Positions 19,950 to 28,872 of a DNA stretch of 64,000 bases are shown here, one piece after another. Under the pieces are notes generated by a model. The model was given only the letters and a program-made list of their open reading frames with translations. It searched no databases and was not told the origin of the DNA. Source of the DNA: an uncultured Ignavibacteria bacterium (GTDB lineage: Bacteria > Zixibacteria > MSB-5A5 > DSPP01); assembly GCA_964607165.1 (NCBI GenBank), contig CAZSIT010000012.1, forward strand, positions 4,301 through 68,300. The letters are read 5' to 3'. The position numbers and the translations under genes are program-made. Every line of letters begins with the position of its first letter. The first letter of the stretch is position 1.

Positions 19950-21734
19950 ATGAGAAAAGCGGTTTTTCTTTCACTGCCAGTTCTTCTATCTCTCTTTGCC
20001 GCTGCGGCTGCACAGGACGTAAATTTTACCGCTGCGGTGGACAAGGATAAATTAGAGATGGGGGACCAGCTTACCCTAAGTCTGGTCGTTTCCGGCAACG
20101 TGCAGCGGATTGGCGATCCCAAGCTTAAAAATATCGGCGATTTTGCGGTCTATGCTTCCGGCCGCTCGCAGAATATCACTTTCTCGAACGGCATGGTTAC
20201 TTCGACGACCCAGTTCAACTACGTTTTGGTTCCGAAAAAAGTAGGAACTTTCACCATCGGGCCGGCGGAGCTGCAGATAGGCGGCAAAACCTTGACCACG
20301 GCATCCATCATGGTAACCGTTCTGCCATCCGGCAGCGTGCCGAAAACCACCGCTCCTCCTCCCACAGAGACGGAAGTGCGGGAAGGTTTAAAGAGTGTAT
20401 TCGTCTCCGCCTCGGTGGACCGCTCCAAGGTTTTTGTTTCCGAACAGGTGACTTACACGATGAAATTCTATCAAGCGGTAAATCTATTTGACAATCCGGA
20501 ATATACCCCGCCTTCGGTCGTCGGTTTTTGGAAAGAGGATTTGCCCCAGCCGCCTTCCCATTTCGAAATGGTTGGAGGCAGAAGGTATCGTGTCTCGGAG
20601 GCTAAAATTGCGCTTTTTCCAACCGCAGCCGGGAGCCAGACCATCGGAGAGGCGACGGTCAAATGTAAGATTGAAGATTTCGAATCCTTTTTCAACCGGG
20701 ACCCTTTTTCTTTGGATTTGGACCAGTTTTTCAATCGAGGGGCGCGGGAGAGGGTTTTGCGCACCAGCCCCCTCAACCTTGAAGTTTTGCCGCTGCCCGA
20801 GAATAACCAACCGGATGACTTTACCGGCGCCGTGGGGCAGTATCAGATGCGGGTGGATTGGAGCAAGAAGACAACCGAGGTGAACCAGCAGGTGACGGCC
20901 AAAGTGACTATTTGGGGCACGGGCAACGTCAAATCGCTGGCGGAGCCAAAAATTACCGCTCCGCCCAATTTCCGCACTTTTTTGTCCGCTTCTTCCGAGC
21001 GAGTGACCCGCGAGGGGAACAAAATCGGGGGAGGGAAAATTTTTGAAATCTCTTTTGTTCCGCGCGAGCCGGGGAGCTTCGAGCTGCCGGCGGTGACTTT
21101 TTCCTACTTTAACCCGGCGAATAGAAAGTACGTCAAGCTGAAAGGCGCGCCTTTGAATTTGACCGTCACCGGCACGCGGGAACTGGCGGGGGGGTATTCC
21201 GGAGTGACGCAGAAAGAGCTTTCCGTGCGGCAGTCAGATTTGCGCTATCTGAAAAAAGAACTGGGGGATGAGCACGGAAATTTCGTCGGCTCGCCCGGCT
21301 TTTGGCTTTTGCAGGGGCTGCCTTTGATTTTTTTGGGTGCAACGGTTGTGCTGCGGCGGGTGCGGGATAAGGAAGAATCGGACATCTCCTATTTTCGCTC
21401 CAGGCGGGCTTCCAAAATGGTGAAGAAGGGGTTAAAGGAAATTCAGGCCGCATCCTCGTTACCGGCGGTCGAATATTTTTCCCGGCTGCAGAAGATGCTT
21501 CTCGATTATTTGGGAGACCGCTACAACGTGGCGGCCTGGGGGATGACTAAAAACGAGATTGCGGCTTTGTTGGAATCGAATGCCGTTGGGGAGGAAATCA
21601 AATCTTCGCTTTTGGAGCTTTTGGATTTAACCGACCGGGCCCGTTTTTCCGGCTGGCAGCCGGGCTTAACCGAACGGGAAGAGGTGCTGGCCCGGGCGGA
21701 AGGGGTTATCCGTTCCCTGGAGAAGAGCCGGTGA
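19950..21734 (+). CDS. batD: BatD protein
   Basis: Signal peptide, repeated BatD-type beta domains, FTGAVG, C-terminal TM. Confidence 0.88.
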   Translation: MRKAVFLSLPVLLSLFAAAAAQDVNFTAAVDKDKLEMGDQLTLSLVVSGNVQRIGDPKLKNIGDFAVYASGRSQNITFSNGMVTSTTQFNYVLVPKKVGTFTIGPAELQIGGKTLTTASIMVTVLPSGSVPKTTAPPPTETEVREGLKSVFVSASVDRSKVFVSEQVTYTMKFYQAVNLFDNPEYTPPSVVGFWKEDLPQPPSHFEMVGGRRYRVSEAKIALFPTAAGSQTIGEATVKCKIEDFESFFNRDPFSLDLDQFFNRGARERVLRTSPLNLEVLPLPENNQPDDFTGAVGQYQMRVDWSKKTTEVNQQVTAKVTIWGTGNVKSLAEPKITAPPNFRTFLSASSERVTREGNKIGGGKIFEISFVPREPGSFELPAVTFSYFNPANRKYVKLKGAPLNLTVTGTRELAGGYSGVTQKELSVRQSDLRYLKKELGDEHGNFVGSPGFWLLQGLPLIFLGATVVLRRVRDKEESDISYFRSRRASKMVKKGLKEIQAASSLPAVEYFSRLQKMLLDYLGDRYNVAAWGMTKNEIAALLESNAVGEEIKSSLLELLDLTDRARFSGWQPGLTEREEVLARAEGVIRSLEKSR

Positions 21735-22471
21735 GGAAGTTTTGGGCGCTTGTTTTGTTGCTCCTTTTCGCTTTTACCGCCGGCTGGGGCAAGGAAAGCG
21801 AAGCGGTGAAAACTTTTCGTGAAGCCAATCAGCTTTACGATGGTCAAAACTACAATGGCGCGGCGCAACTCTACGAAAAGCTTATGGAAGAAGGCGTGCG
21901 CACGCCGGCTTTGTATTACAATTTGGCTTCGGCTTATTTTAAATCCAAAGAGACTGGGAAATCGATTTTGTATCTTTTGCGGGCGCGGAGGCTGTCCCCC
22001 GGTGATGAGGACGTGGAGGGAAATTTACGCTTCGTTTCCCAGTTCACGCTGGACAAGGGGAATCTCTCTTCACCGCCCCTCGCCTTTTATACAGACCGGT
22101 TGACCTTGGGCCAATGGGCTTTCTGGGGGTCGACTGTTTATTTTCTTCTGGTTGGTTTGATTTGCGGCCGTATATGGTTTAAGAGCCGCGCCCTCTTTAT
22201 CCGCTCAGGAATCTGGCTTTGCGGCATTCTTTTTTTCTTTTTCGCTTGCGGATTTTATTTGCGCTGGAATTGGGAGAAAGTGCCGCAGGGGGTGATTTTG
22301 GCCCGGGAAGCGGCGGTCAAATCCGGCCCGGGGGAGGATTTCGTCACCCAGTTGCTTGGCCACGAGGGGCTGACTTTCCAGATTTTGGAAGAGCGTCAAG
22401 ATTACTACGAAGTGCTTTTGCCCAACGGTGTCAAAGGCTGGGTGAAAAAGGAGGAAGCGGCGAAGGTTTGA
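21731..22471 (+). CDS. batE: BatE TPR + SH3 protein
   Basis: FREANQLY, LYYNLASAY, VKSGPG..GVKGWV. Confidence 0.85.
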   Translation: MRKFWALVLLLLFAFTAGWGKESEAVKTFREANQLYDGQNYNGAAQLYEKLMEEGVRTPALYYNLASAYFKSKETGKSILYLLRARRLSPGDEDVEGNLRFVSQFTLDKGNLSSPPLAFYTDRLTLGQWAFWGSTVYFLLVGLICGRIWFKSRALFIRSGIWLCGILFFFFACGFYLRWNWEKVPQGVILAREAAVKSGPGEDFVTQLLGHEGLTFQILEERQDYYEVLLPNGVKGWVKKEEAAKV

Positions 22472-22494
22472 GATTTTGGATAATTAGTTTTTTA

Positions 22495-22845
22495 CTAATC
22501 CATTCCTGAAGCTTCGAATATCCAATAAGTAATACTTAGAAAAGTAAAAAATAATCCAGATGCAATTGTCATCCCATCCAAAATGGCAGTTTTTATATTT
22601 TCTTCGTTCCGTAATCGCCAGGAAGAGAGGAAGCCAAATATTGTGCCAAGGATAGGAAACCACGTAGTCACCAAGTTTCTTATTATGGCGGGAAGCATAA
22701 AGAATTCGTCATAATACCCTAATTCAAATAGGATCTGTAATACAAGGGAGAGGCAGAGTAGCCCTGAGGGGAGCATCAAGATAAGACCCAGTATGCACCA
22801 TATATCAGGCCCTTTTCTTATAGATTGATATTGCTCAACTATCAT
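22495..22845 (-). CDS. small 3-TM membrane protein
   Basis: Three hydrophobic segments; RBS upstream; resembles 25028-25360. Confidence 0.6.
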   Translation of the reverse strand: MIVEQYQSIRKGPDIWCILGLILMLPSGLLCLSLVLQILFELGYYDEFFMLPAIIRNLVTTWFPILGTIFGFLSSWRLRNEENIKTAILDGMTIASGLFFTFLSITYWIFEASGMD

Positions 22846-22867
22846 GGTCTTGGTTTTTTCATTCCTT

Positions 22868-24394
22868 TCAGAATGAAACTAATTGGCTCAAGATAGGAAA
22901 ATTTTCGTAATACCAGAAGTTCAGCGTGCTTTGCAGAGACTCGCGATTTTTATACAAGGTCTTGTGGGCTTGAAAGCGGCCCCAGCTCCAAGTGCGCCAG
23001 TCAGTTTTTGGGGAGGCCAACTTGGGCATAAGGATTTCGATTACAACTTTTTTTCGGTCTTGGTCGCTCAAAGAGGGGAGCGCATCAACCAAAGCTGGAA
23101 TAGCGTCGGCGCTTAAGACAGCGGCGTAATTGACATCAAAAGGGCGGCCGGATTTGGTCAGTTGAGCGTTGGTACGGACGATTAAGGCATCCGGATTTAT
23201 GATTTGAAGGGCGAAAATTGTTACCAGCCCGGTAGCCACGGCGCCAAAGACGAAACGCTGACGCTGGCTGCGCAGGACTGTTAAAGTAAACCAAACGAAA
23301 ACGGCTGCCAGCCAGGCCATAAAAACAGTGGTGTAAAGCCGCAGTTCGGTCAGCCCGTACTCGCTTTGATAGAGCCGCATACGCTGGAAAGCGGATGCCA
23401 TAATGACAAAGAGTAATAGAATCAAAATTGCCGCCAACAGTTGAAAAATTCGCTCGTGGGACGAATTTTCCTTGCGCAACAGCCAGTGCCCAGCGAGCAG
23501 AAGAGGAAGCGTCAGAGCGGCTACCGTAACCAGTTCGAAGAAGCCGCGCCGCGCATATTCCGAATAAGTCAATCCCTCGGTGACTTGCACCAGAGCGGCC
23601 CCACCGAAAAAGTAGCGGAACTGCACGATAACGAAGCTGAGAAAAAGAAGATTCAAAAGGCCGAGCGCGACGCCCGTTTCCACAATGCCCAGCGCAAGGG
23701 ATTTCGGGCGCTCGAGGCCTTCAATCGCCGCCCGCTGACCCAAAAATATTCCCCGCCAGAACCCGGCCACCAACCAGGCGCCAAAAGCAGTGAAGAAAGT
23801 ATGTTGGAATATTTTGACGAGGTTTATGTGAAGAACGTTTTTTATAATCCCTTCAAATACGGCATCGGCCGCCATTAAAAGAGCGCCGAAGACCAAAAGC
23901 AAGGGGAGCGCTATTATTATCCCGCGCCCTATCGCCATCGCCCGGTGGGCTTGCCCGTTTTCTGAAATCTCTTTCCACTTAATATCGAGAAATAGTAAAG
24001 GGAAAATCCCACAGACGATGTTTAGTCCAGTGAGGGTAATCTCCCATAGGTATCTCATAAGGCCGGCCAGGCGGATTTGAATCGCTTTGGCATGCATTGC
24101 CATCAACGAAAGTCCGGCGAAGATTGCCAGAACATTCAAGAATTTCAAAGTCGTTGAGTCGCGCCAGGCAAAAGCGGCGGCGAATGGAAGAACAGTGAGG
24201 ATTAACCAATGGGCATCTTTGCTCCAATTAGTGTTGAAGTGGCGGGTTAGTAAAAAAAGGGCAGAAAGAAAGATGATTGTCCAAATGCAGAAGTTGAGCC
24301 CCCAAGGCGTTTCCCTAAGGAGAAGATCAGCAAGGAGTCCTACGATGGAGGCCGCTAAAAGAATATATAGTCCAAGCTTGGTTTTTTCGTTCAT
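22868..24394 (-). CDS. DUF4173/DUF4153 family membrane protein
   Basis: LLMAADAVF, YSEYARRGFFELV, RMRLYQSEYGLTELRLY, LSADAIP. Confidence 0.85.
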   Translation of the reverse strand: MNEKTKLGLYILLAASIVGLLADLLLRETPWGLNFCIWTIIFLSALFLLTRHFNTNWSKDAHWLILTVLPFAAAFAWRDSTTLKFLNVLAIFAGLSLMAMHAKAIQIRLAGLMRYLWEITLTGLNIVCGIFPLLFLDIKWKEISENGQAHRAMAIGRGIIIALPLLLVFGALLMAADAVFEGIIKNVLHINLVKIFQHTFFTAFGAWLVAGFWRGIFLGQRAAIEGLERPKSLALGIVETGVALGLLNLLFLSFVIVQFRYFFGGAALVQVTEGLTYSEYARRGFFELVTVAALTLPLLLAGHWLLRKENSSHERIFQLLAAILILLLFVIMASAFQRMRLYQSEYGLTELRLYTTVFMAWLAAVFVWFTLTVLRSQRQRFVFGAVATGLVTIFALQIINPDALIVRTNAQLTKSGRPFDVNYAAVLSADAIPALVDALPSLSDQDRKKVVIEILMPKLASPKTDWRTWSWGRFQAHKTLYKNRESLQSTLNFWYYENFPILSQLVSF

Positions 24395-24478
24395 TTTACA
24401 ACCTTTTTCGACTGTTTAATCAAAGCTTTCCGCCCGATTTAGTTTATCGGCAGAGTGTCTCTGTCTTTTGACTCATAT

Positions 24479-25005
24479 CTACAGTTTCACCTTCACCTTT
24501 CGATAGGCGACCCCATCAAAGACATCACCCATCAATATATCCTTATATCCTTCCAGATTTTTAGGCAAGGGTTTTTGGTGTCGGCGGGCAGGTCGAAGAC
24601 GATGTCAGCCGCTTCGGAAGCGCCGGGAGGGGTGGTGTGCAAAGCGGCGTTTGAGATGCCTTGCGCTTTATCCCAGGCCTCTTGGCCTTCGAGCGAGCGG
24701 TGATACTTGCGGCCCGATTCGTCCTCGATATAAGCCATTGAAATGTCCCATTCGTGGTTCACGCGGATGGTGCGGTTTTCGACCTTTAACGTGACGATGT
24801 AAAAGGTCCCTTTGGCGGCCACCAGATTTTCGCCTTCTCCAATGCTTTTTTGCTTTTTGACATCCACCACCGAGTATTCGAAATCATCGTGATGTATTCT
24901 TTCACCTAATCCGATGACTTTTTCCGGGCGGCTTAGAACGTAAGAGGCGTACAAAACGGCCAAGAGCGCCCAGATTAAAAAAACGGCGAAAATCAGTTTT
25001 TTCAT
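24479..25005 (-). pseudogene. DUF4352-like membrane-anchored protein, C-terminus frameshifted by an 8-bp tandem duplication
   Basis: KGTFYIVTLKVEN..IVFDLP; atatcctt duplicated at 24537-24552; removing one copy extends the frame to TAG at 24479. Confidence 0.7.
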
Positions 25006-25027
25006 TTCTCCTCCTTATACTTTACCA

Positions 25028-25360
25028 TTAAGAATTCCGCAGCGATGCCAGAAAGGCGGCCAGAATGAAAAAAAGTCCGGCACCGATTGCAATAATGGCC
25101 AAGTTGGCCGCTTTTTCGTTTACGGTTTTCATTTTTTGGTACGTGACGAACCCCAAAATTGATGTCGCCAGAGGGCCGGCGACCAAAATCGTTACTTCGC
25201 CGATTTTGGGAATGTTTTCTAACAGAGGACGGGCCAGTTCTTCCAGAAACGGTATTTTGAGCGCGGCCGAAAAGACGGCGGCCCACAGGGCTAAGGCTGG
25301 GAGGAGAAGCCCGGCTCCGATTAAAAGCCGGGGATTTAAGGTGTTGGATTGTTTGAGCAT
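25028..25360 (-). CDS. small 3-TM membrane protein
   Basis: Hydrophobic segments; AGGAGG RBS. Confidence 0.65.
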   Translation of the reverse strand: MLKQSNTLNPRLLIGAGLLLPALALWAAVFSAALKIPFLEELARPLLENIPKIGEVTILVAGPLATSILGFVTYQKMKTVNEKAANLAIIAIGAGLFFILAAFLASLRNS

Positions 25361-25370
25361 AAAACCTCCT

Positions 25371-26081
25371 TTAGGTTTTTGTTAAAGTTGTTTTTGGCAG
25401 GCGGCCAAAACGGCGCTGGCGGGTTTTGAATTCGGCTATCGCTTCTTGCAAATCTTTTTCGGTGAAATCGGGCCACTTTTTGGGGGTGAAATAAAGTTCC
25501 GCATAGGCGCATTCCCAGAGCAGAAAATCGCTCAAACGCTGTTCGCCGCCGGTGCGGATGAGCAAATCTACTGCGGGGCCGAGTTGGGACGATATTGCAA
25601 GTGGTGAGGCCGCTTTGCCGTTCAAGCCTTGAACGATTTGAAGAATTGACTCCCGGGCGGAGTAGTCAACGGCGATGCGGAGATGCAGGCGGCGGCCTTC
25701 TTTCGTTGCTGCCTCGACTGTTTCGACAGCTTTGCGCACGGCGGGGGAGAGGCGGTCGCGGCGGCCGAAGAAACTGATTTTTACGCTGTTTTTAAGGCAG
25801 TTTTCTTTTTCGGCCAGAAGCTGTGAGCGGAGCAGCGCCATCAGGGTGCTGCATTCGTTTTTCGGTCTTTGCCAGTTGTCGCTGGAGAAAGCGTAGAGGG
25901 ACAGCGTTCCGATTCCAAGCGCGGGAGCCGCTTTCACTACCCGGCGCACGGATTCAGCACCAGCGCGGTGGCCGTCGGTTCGCGGCAGGTTGCGGCAGGC
26001 GGCCCAGCGGCCGTTGCCGTCCATAATAACGGCAACGTGCAGGCCATTCGGATTTAGATTATGAAAAGTACTTTGCATCAT
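25371..26081 (-). CDS. uppS: isoprenyl transferase (undecaprenyl diphosphate synthase family)
   Basis: HVAVIMDGNGRWA, YAFSSDNWQRP, DLLIRTGGEQRLSDFLLWECAYAEL, RRFG. Confidence 0.92.
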   Translation of the reverse strand: MMQSTFHNLNPNGLHVAVIMDGNGRWAACRNLPRTDGHRAGAESVRRVVKAAPALGIGTLSLYAFSSDNWQRPKNECSTLMALLRSQLLAEKENCLKNSVKISFFGRRDRLSPAVRKAVETVEAATKEGRRLHLRIAVDYSARESILQIVQGLNGKAASPLAISSQLGPAVDLLIRTGGEQRLSDFLLWECAYAELYFTPKKWPDFTEKDLQEAIAEFKTRQRRFGRLPKTTLTKT

Positions 26082-26086
26082 AAAGT
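26070..26086. promoter_or_regulatory. candidate operator ACTTT-N7-AAAGT overlapping the uppS start
   Basis: actttgcatcataaagt; its reverse complement matches 27114-27130 at 15/17. Confidence 0.65.
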
Positions 26087-26102
26087 GTACAGTCAAAAAA
26101 AA

Positions 26103-26492
26103 TCAGCGCTTGCGCATAGCGGAAATCAGTTCTTCCATTTCATCCAAATATCTTTGCAGCGCTTTGCGTCCCGATTCGGTGATTTTGTATTCTGTTTTGG
26201 GCATTCGCCCCACGAAGGATTTGAGGCACTTTACCAGTCCGGCTTCTTCCAGTTTGCGGGCGTGGACGCTCAAGTTGCCGTCGCTGGTTTTCAATAGCTT
26301 TTTTAAATCGTTAAAGCTCAAGGATGGATTGACTGCCAGGGCGCTGATGATACCCAGCCGTATTCGTTCCTGCAACAGGCGGTCGCCGCTTGGCTGGGTT
26401 TTGGCGAGAATGCTTTGCACCACCTGTAAGATTCGGCTTTTAGGGCTGTTTTTGGAATGTTCCATCGGTAAAACTGCTTCCTTAACCACCAT
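26103..26492 (-). CDS. winged-helix transcriptional regulator (HTH_34/ArsR-like)
   Basis: [48 protein letters not shown]. Confidence 0.9.
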   Translation of the reverse strand: MVVKEAVLPMEHSKNSPKSRILQVVQSILAKTQPSGDRLLQERIRLGIISALAVNPSLSFNDLKKLLKTSDGNLSVHARKLEEAGLVKCLKSFVGRMPKTEYKITESGRKALQRYLDEMEELISAMRKR

Positions 26493-27072
26493 ACCTCCGG
26501 GCGATGATTATTCCGAAGATTATGTGAAGCCCTCCAAAACCGATTGCCATAAAAACGTTGCCCCAGCCAGCTGGTGAGAAAAGGGCGGCTGTTCCAATCA
26601 GCATAAAGTAAATGCCCATTACCGGCACGATACGGATGGAGAAAGCACCGCCGGTAACGATTCCGGTGCCGTAGAGCAAAAGCCAAAGGCCGGGAAGATA
26701 AGGGAAAATTTCGCGATACAGCGCCAAAGTCAGCAGGGCGCCGGCGAAAAGGGGAGGGGCTAAGCTCAAAACAAATCTGGAACCGGGGCCGGAAAGGGCG
26801 GGCTGGTTGGAAGATTTTGCTTTTTGGCGAATGGTCAGAATGGCAATTGCCAGAGCCAAAGCTGCTTCCGCCAGCCACACCAAAAGCCAGCGTCGAGACT
26901 CGGTTTGACGGGAAGAAAGGAAAGTCGCCACCAAGGCGGTCAGGCCCATAACGACCAATCCTTTGCCCGGCACACCAGTGAAGGAGGAGGCGCGCTCCAT
27001 CGTATCGCGGATGTAGCGCAGGTTCTCCAGCGCTTCGGTCGATTCCGGCCCAACGGGTTTTTCTTCAACCAT
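26482..27072 (-). CDS. multi-TM membrane protein
   Basis: [36 protein letters not shown]; ATG at 27072. Confidence 0.75.
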   Translation of the reverse strand: MVEEKPVGPESTEALENLRYIRDTMERASSFTGVPGKGLVVMGLTALVATFLSSRQTESRRWLLVWLAEAALALAIAILTIRQKAKSSNQPALSGPGSRFVLSLAPPLFAGALLTLALYREIFPYLPGLWLLLYGTGIVTGGAFSIRIVPVMGIYFMLIGTAALFSPAGWGNVFMAIGFGGLHIIFGIIIARRYGG

Positions 27073-27113
27073 ATTCCCCGTATAATATATCGGCTTGTTT
27101 TGCATAATCAAGC

Positions 27114-27130
27114 ACTTTATAATACAAAGT
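27114..27130. promoter_or_regulatory. candidate operator ACTTT-N7-AAAGT upstream of the regulator operon
   Basis: actttataatacaaagt inverted repeat about 40 bp before the first ATG. Confidence 0.65.
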
Positions 27131-27199
27131 AAAAGGCCAAAAAGTTTCATTTTTTTTACAAGGTTTTGTCGGAACTTCCGAACTCAAGCCGGACGGTTT

Positions 27200-27580
27200 T
27201 CAGCGCAACATTTCGGCAAAGGAAACCGGCAGGCCGTCCGGGTCAATGGCGACGGCCAACTTGATGCCTTCTTGTTTCTGCTCGGTCGGCGGCATTACAA
27301 AATTCACCCCTTTGGCTTTCAGGTCGGCAAAGGTCTTTTCGAGATTTTCGACGTTGAATCCAATGGAGCAAGTGCCGGCCTGCTGCTCGCCGGGGTTGCC
27401 TGGCTTGCGTTCCTGCGGCTTACCGCCGCCGTGCAAAGCGAGGGTGGTCGCGCCAGTTTGGAATTCGGTCCATTGCGGCGACTCGAGCTTCAACGCCAGG
27501 CCCAGCTTGTCCCGGTAGAAGGCCACCGAGCGGGCCATATCGGAGACCACGACCATTACGTAATCAACCTGTTTGAACAT
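27200..27580 (-). CDS. VOC/glyoxalase family protein
   Basis: VSDMARSVAFYRDKLGL..DPDG. Confidence 0.88.
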   Translation of the reverse strand: MFKQVDYVMVVVSDMARSVAFYRDKLGLALKLESPQWTEFQTGATTLALHGGGKPQERKPGNPGEQQAGTCSIGFNVENLEKTFADLKAKGVNFVMPPTEQKQEGIKLAVAIDPDGLPVSFAEMLR

Positions 27581-28004
27581 TTTTTACCTCCTGTGTTATT
27601 GTTTTAATTATTCCCAAAGCCCAGCCATGATGGGCCACTTCGTTTCTTGGCGGCAGTTTGTCCAGCGCAAACCATTCAGCGGCCTCGAGATCGTTTGACG
27701 GTGTTAGCATGGGAATTTTATCTAATTTTGCCATATAGTGAAAAACTAAATGCCAGCTGCCGTCGTTGCCTTTGAAGGATTCGATATGATTCAAACTCAA
27801 GTTTGACACTGAAAGGTTTAGTTGCTCCTTCAGAATTCGCTTGGCGGCCTGGTCTGGATGCTCCAGATGCGCCATTGCATCATCCGGCAGAAACCAACCG
27901 GCCTGATGGTCGTATTTATTGGTTTCTCTGTATTTCACCAGCAAAATTTTCTCTTCTGCCAAAAGGGCAACATCGACAACGAGCTTGTGTAATTTGCAAT
28001 CCAC
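27564..28004 (-). CDS. NUDIX-fold hydrolase (degenerate Nudix box)
   Basis: ILLVK, WFLP..EHPDQAAKRILKEQL, EWFALDKLP. Confidence 0.75.
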   Translation of the reverse strand: MDCKLHKLVVDVALLAEEKILLVKYRETNKYDHQAGWFLPDDAMAHLEHPDQAAKRILKEQLNLSVSNLSLNHIESFKGNDGSWHLVFHYMAKLDKIPMLTPSNDLEAAEWFALDKLPPRNEVAHHGWALGIIKTITQEVKNVQTG

Positions 28005-28007
28005 TTT

Positions 28008-28727
28008 TCAATCCTTCAGCATTGCCTGTTTCTTCCACTTGGCCGGCATTTTTTCGATGGCATATCTCAACGCTGTGCGGGGCATTTCTTTTCCCTGCTT
28101 CATAACATACTGAAAAACTTCTCCGGGAAACTTATTGCTCGCTTCCTTCAACATCCAACCGTAACCCTTCTGAACCAAATCATCTTCATCCCGCAGCAAT
28201 ATACCTGCCGTTTGAAAAACTTCCCGCAAAAGTTTTTTTCTTCGGGCAGATGGAATCAAAGCCACCGCCGCCGCCCTCCGTAGCCATCTGTTTTTCGATT
28301 TAGCCCATTTTTTGGTTTGGGCGGAAAATTCCGGGAATTTCGCGATGAAGTGTCCGAGCGGGTGCACGCACAAATGGTCGCAGGAGCCCCAGCTGTGGAC
28401 GTACTTTTTCAGCCATCTTTCAAAGGTCTTGAAATCTTTCTTTTCATACCGCTTTTGGCATTTGTAAGCCCAGTCAAAAGCAATTGCCCGTTCTTCGCCA
28501 TTTCCGGATTTTAACAGTTCCTCGCACAGCCCAAAAATTTCATCCTTTGGTAAGCTTCGAATTTCCCTGAAGTGTTGGGAGGAAATCTTGCGCAAAATAT
28601 CGGTCCGCAAAACCATCGGCTCCGTCAATTCTTCTTTGTAGAATCGTTGCTCGTTTATTTGGTATTTGGGGTGGGAGTATTTAGAAAGTTCGTTCCTTAG
28701 CTTTTGAGTGATCGTATTTTTGCTCAC
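28008..28727 (-). CDS. DNA alkylation repair protein (AlkD-like)
   Basis: SWGSCD, WAKSKNRWLRRAA, DLVQKGYGWMLKE, RTALRYAIEK. Confidence 0.88.
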   Translation of the reverse strand: MSKNTITQKLRNELSKYSHPKYQINEQRFYKEELTEPMVLRTDILRKISSQHFREIRSLPKDEIFGLCEELLKSGNGEERAIAFDWAYKCQKRYEKKDFKTFERWLKKYVHSWGSCDHLCVHPLGHFIAKFPEFSAQTKKWAKSKNRWLRRAAAVALIPSARRKKLLREVFQTAGILLRDEDDLVQKGYGWMLKEASNKFPGEVFQYVMKQGKEMPRTALRYAIEKMPAKWKKQAMLKD

Positions 28728-28748
28728 GGCATTTCATTGAAAAAAAAA

Positions 28749-28854
28749 TAGCCCCACGGGGAGTCGAACCCCGGTTTGCCTGCCCGAGCCGACCGCTCGT
28801 GTCGGCCAGGGATGGCTAAGAACCACCCGTCCTGGGCCACTGGACAATGGGGCC
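28749..28854 (-). tRNA. tRNA-Glu-derived copy with CTT (Lys) anticodon and a 33-nt insertion in the variable region (possible pseudo-tRNA)
   Basis: Identical to 30992-31064 except 3 substitutions and the insert at 28778-28810; stems still pair. Confidence 0.6.
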
Positions 28855-28872
28855 GGTGTAGGCCACGCTGGG

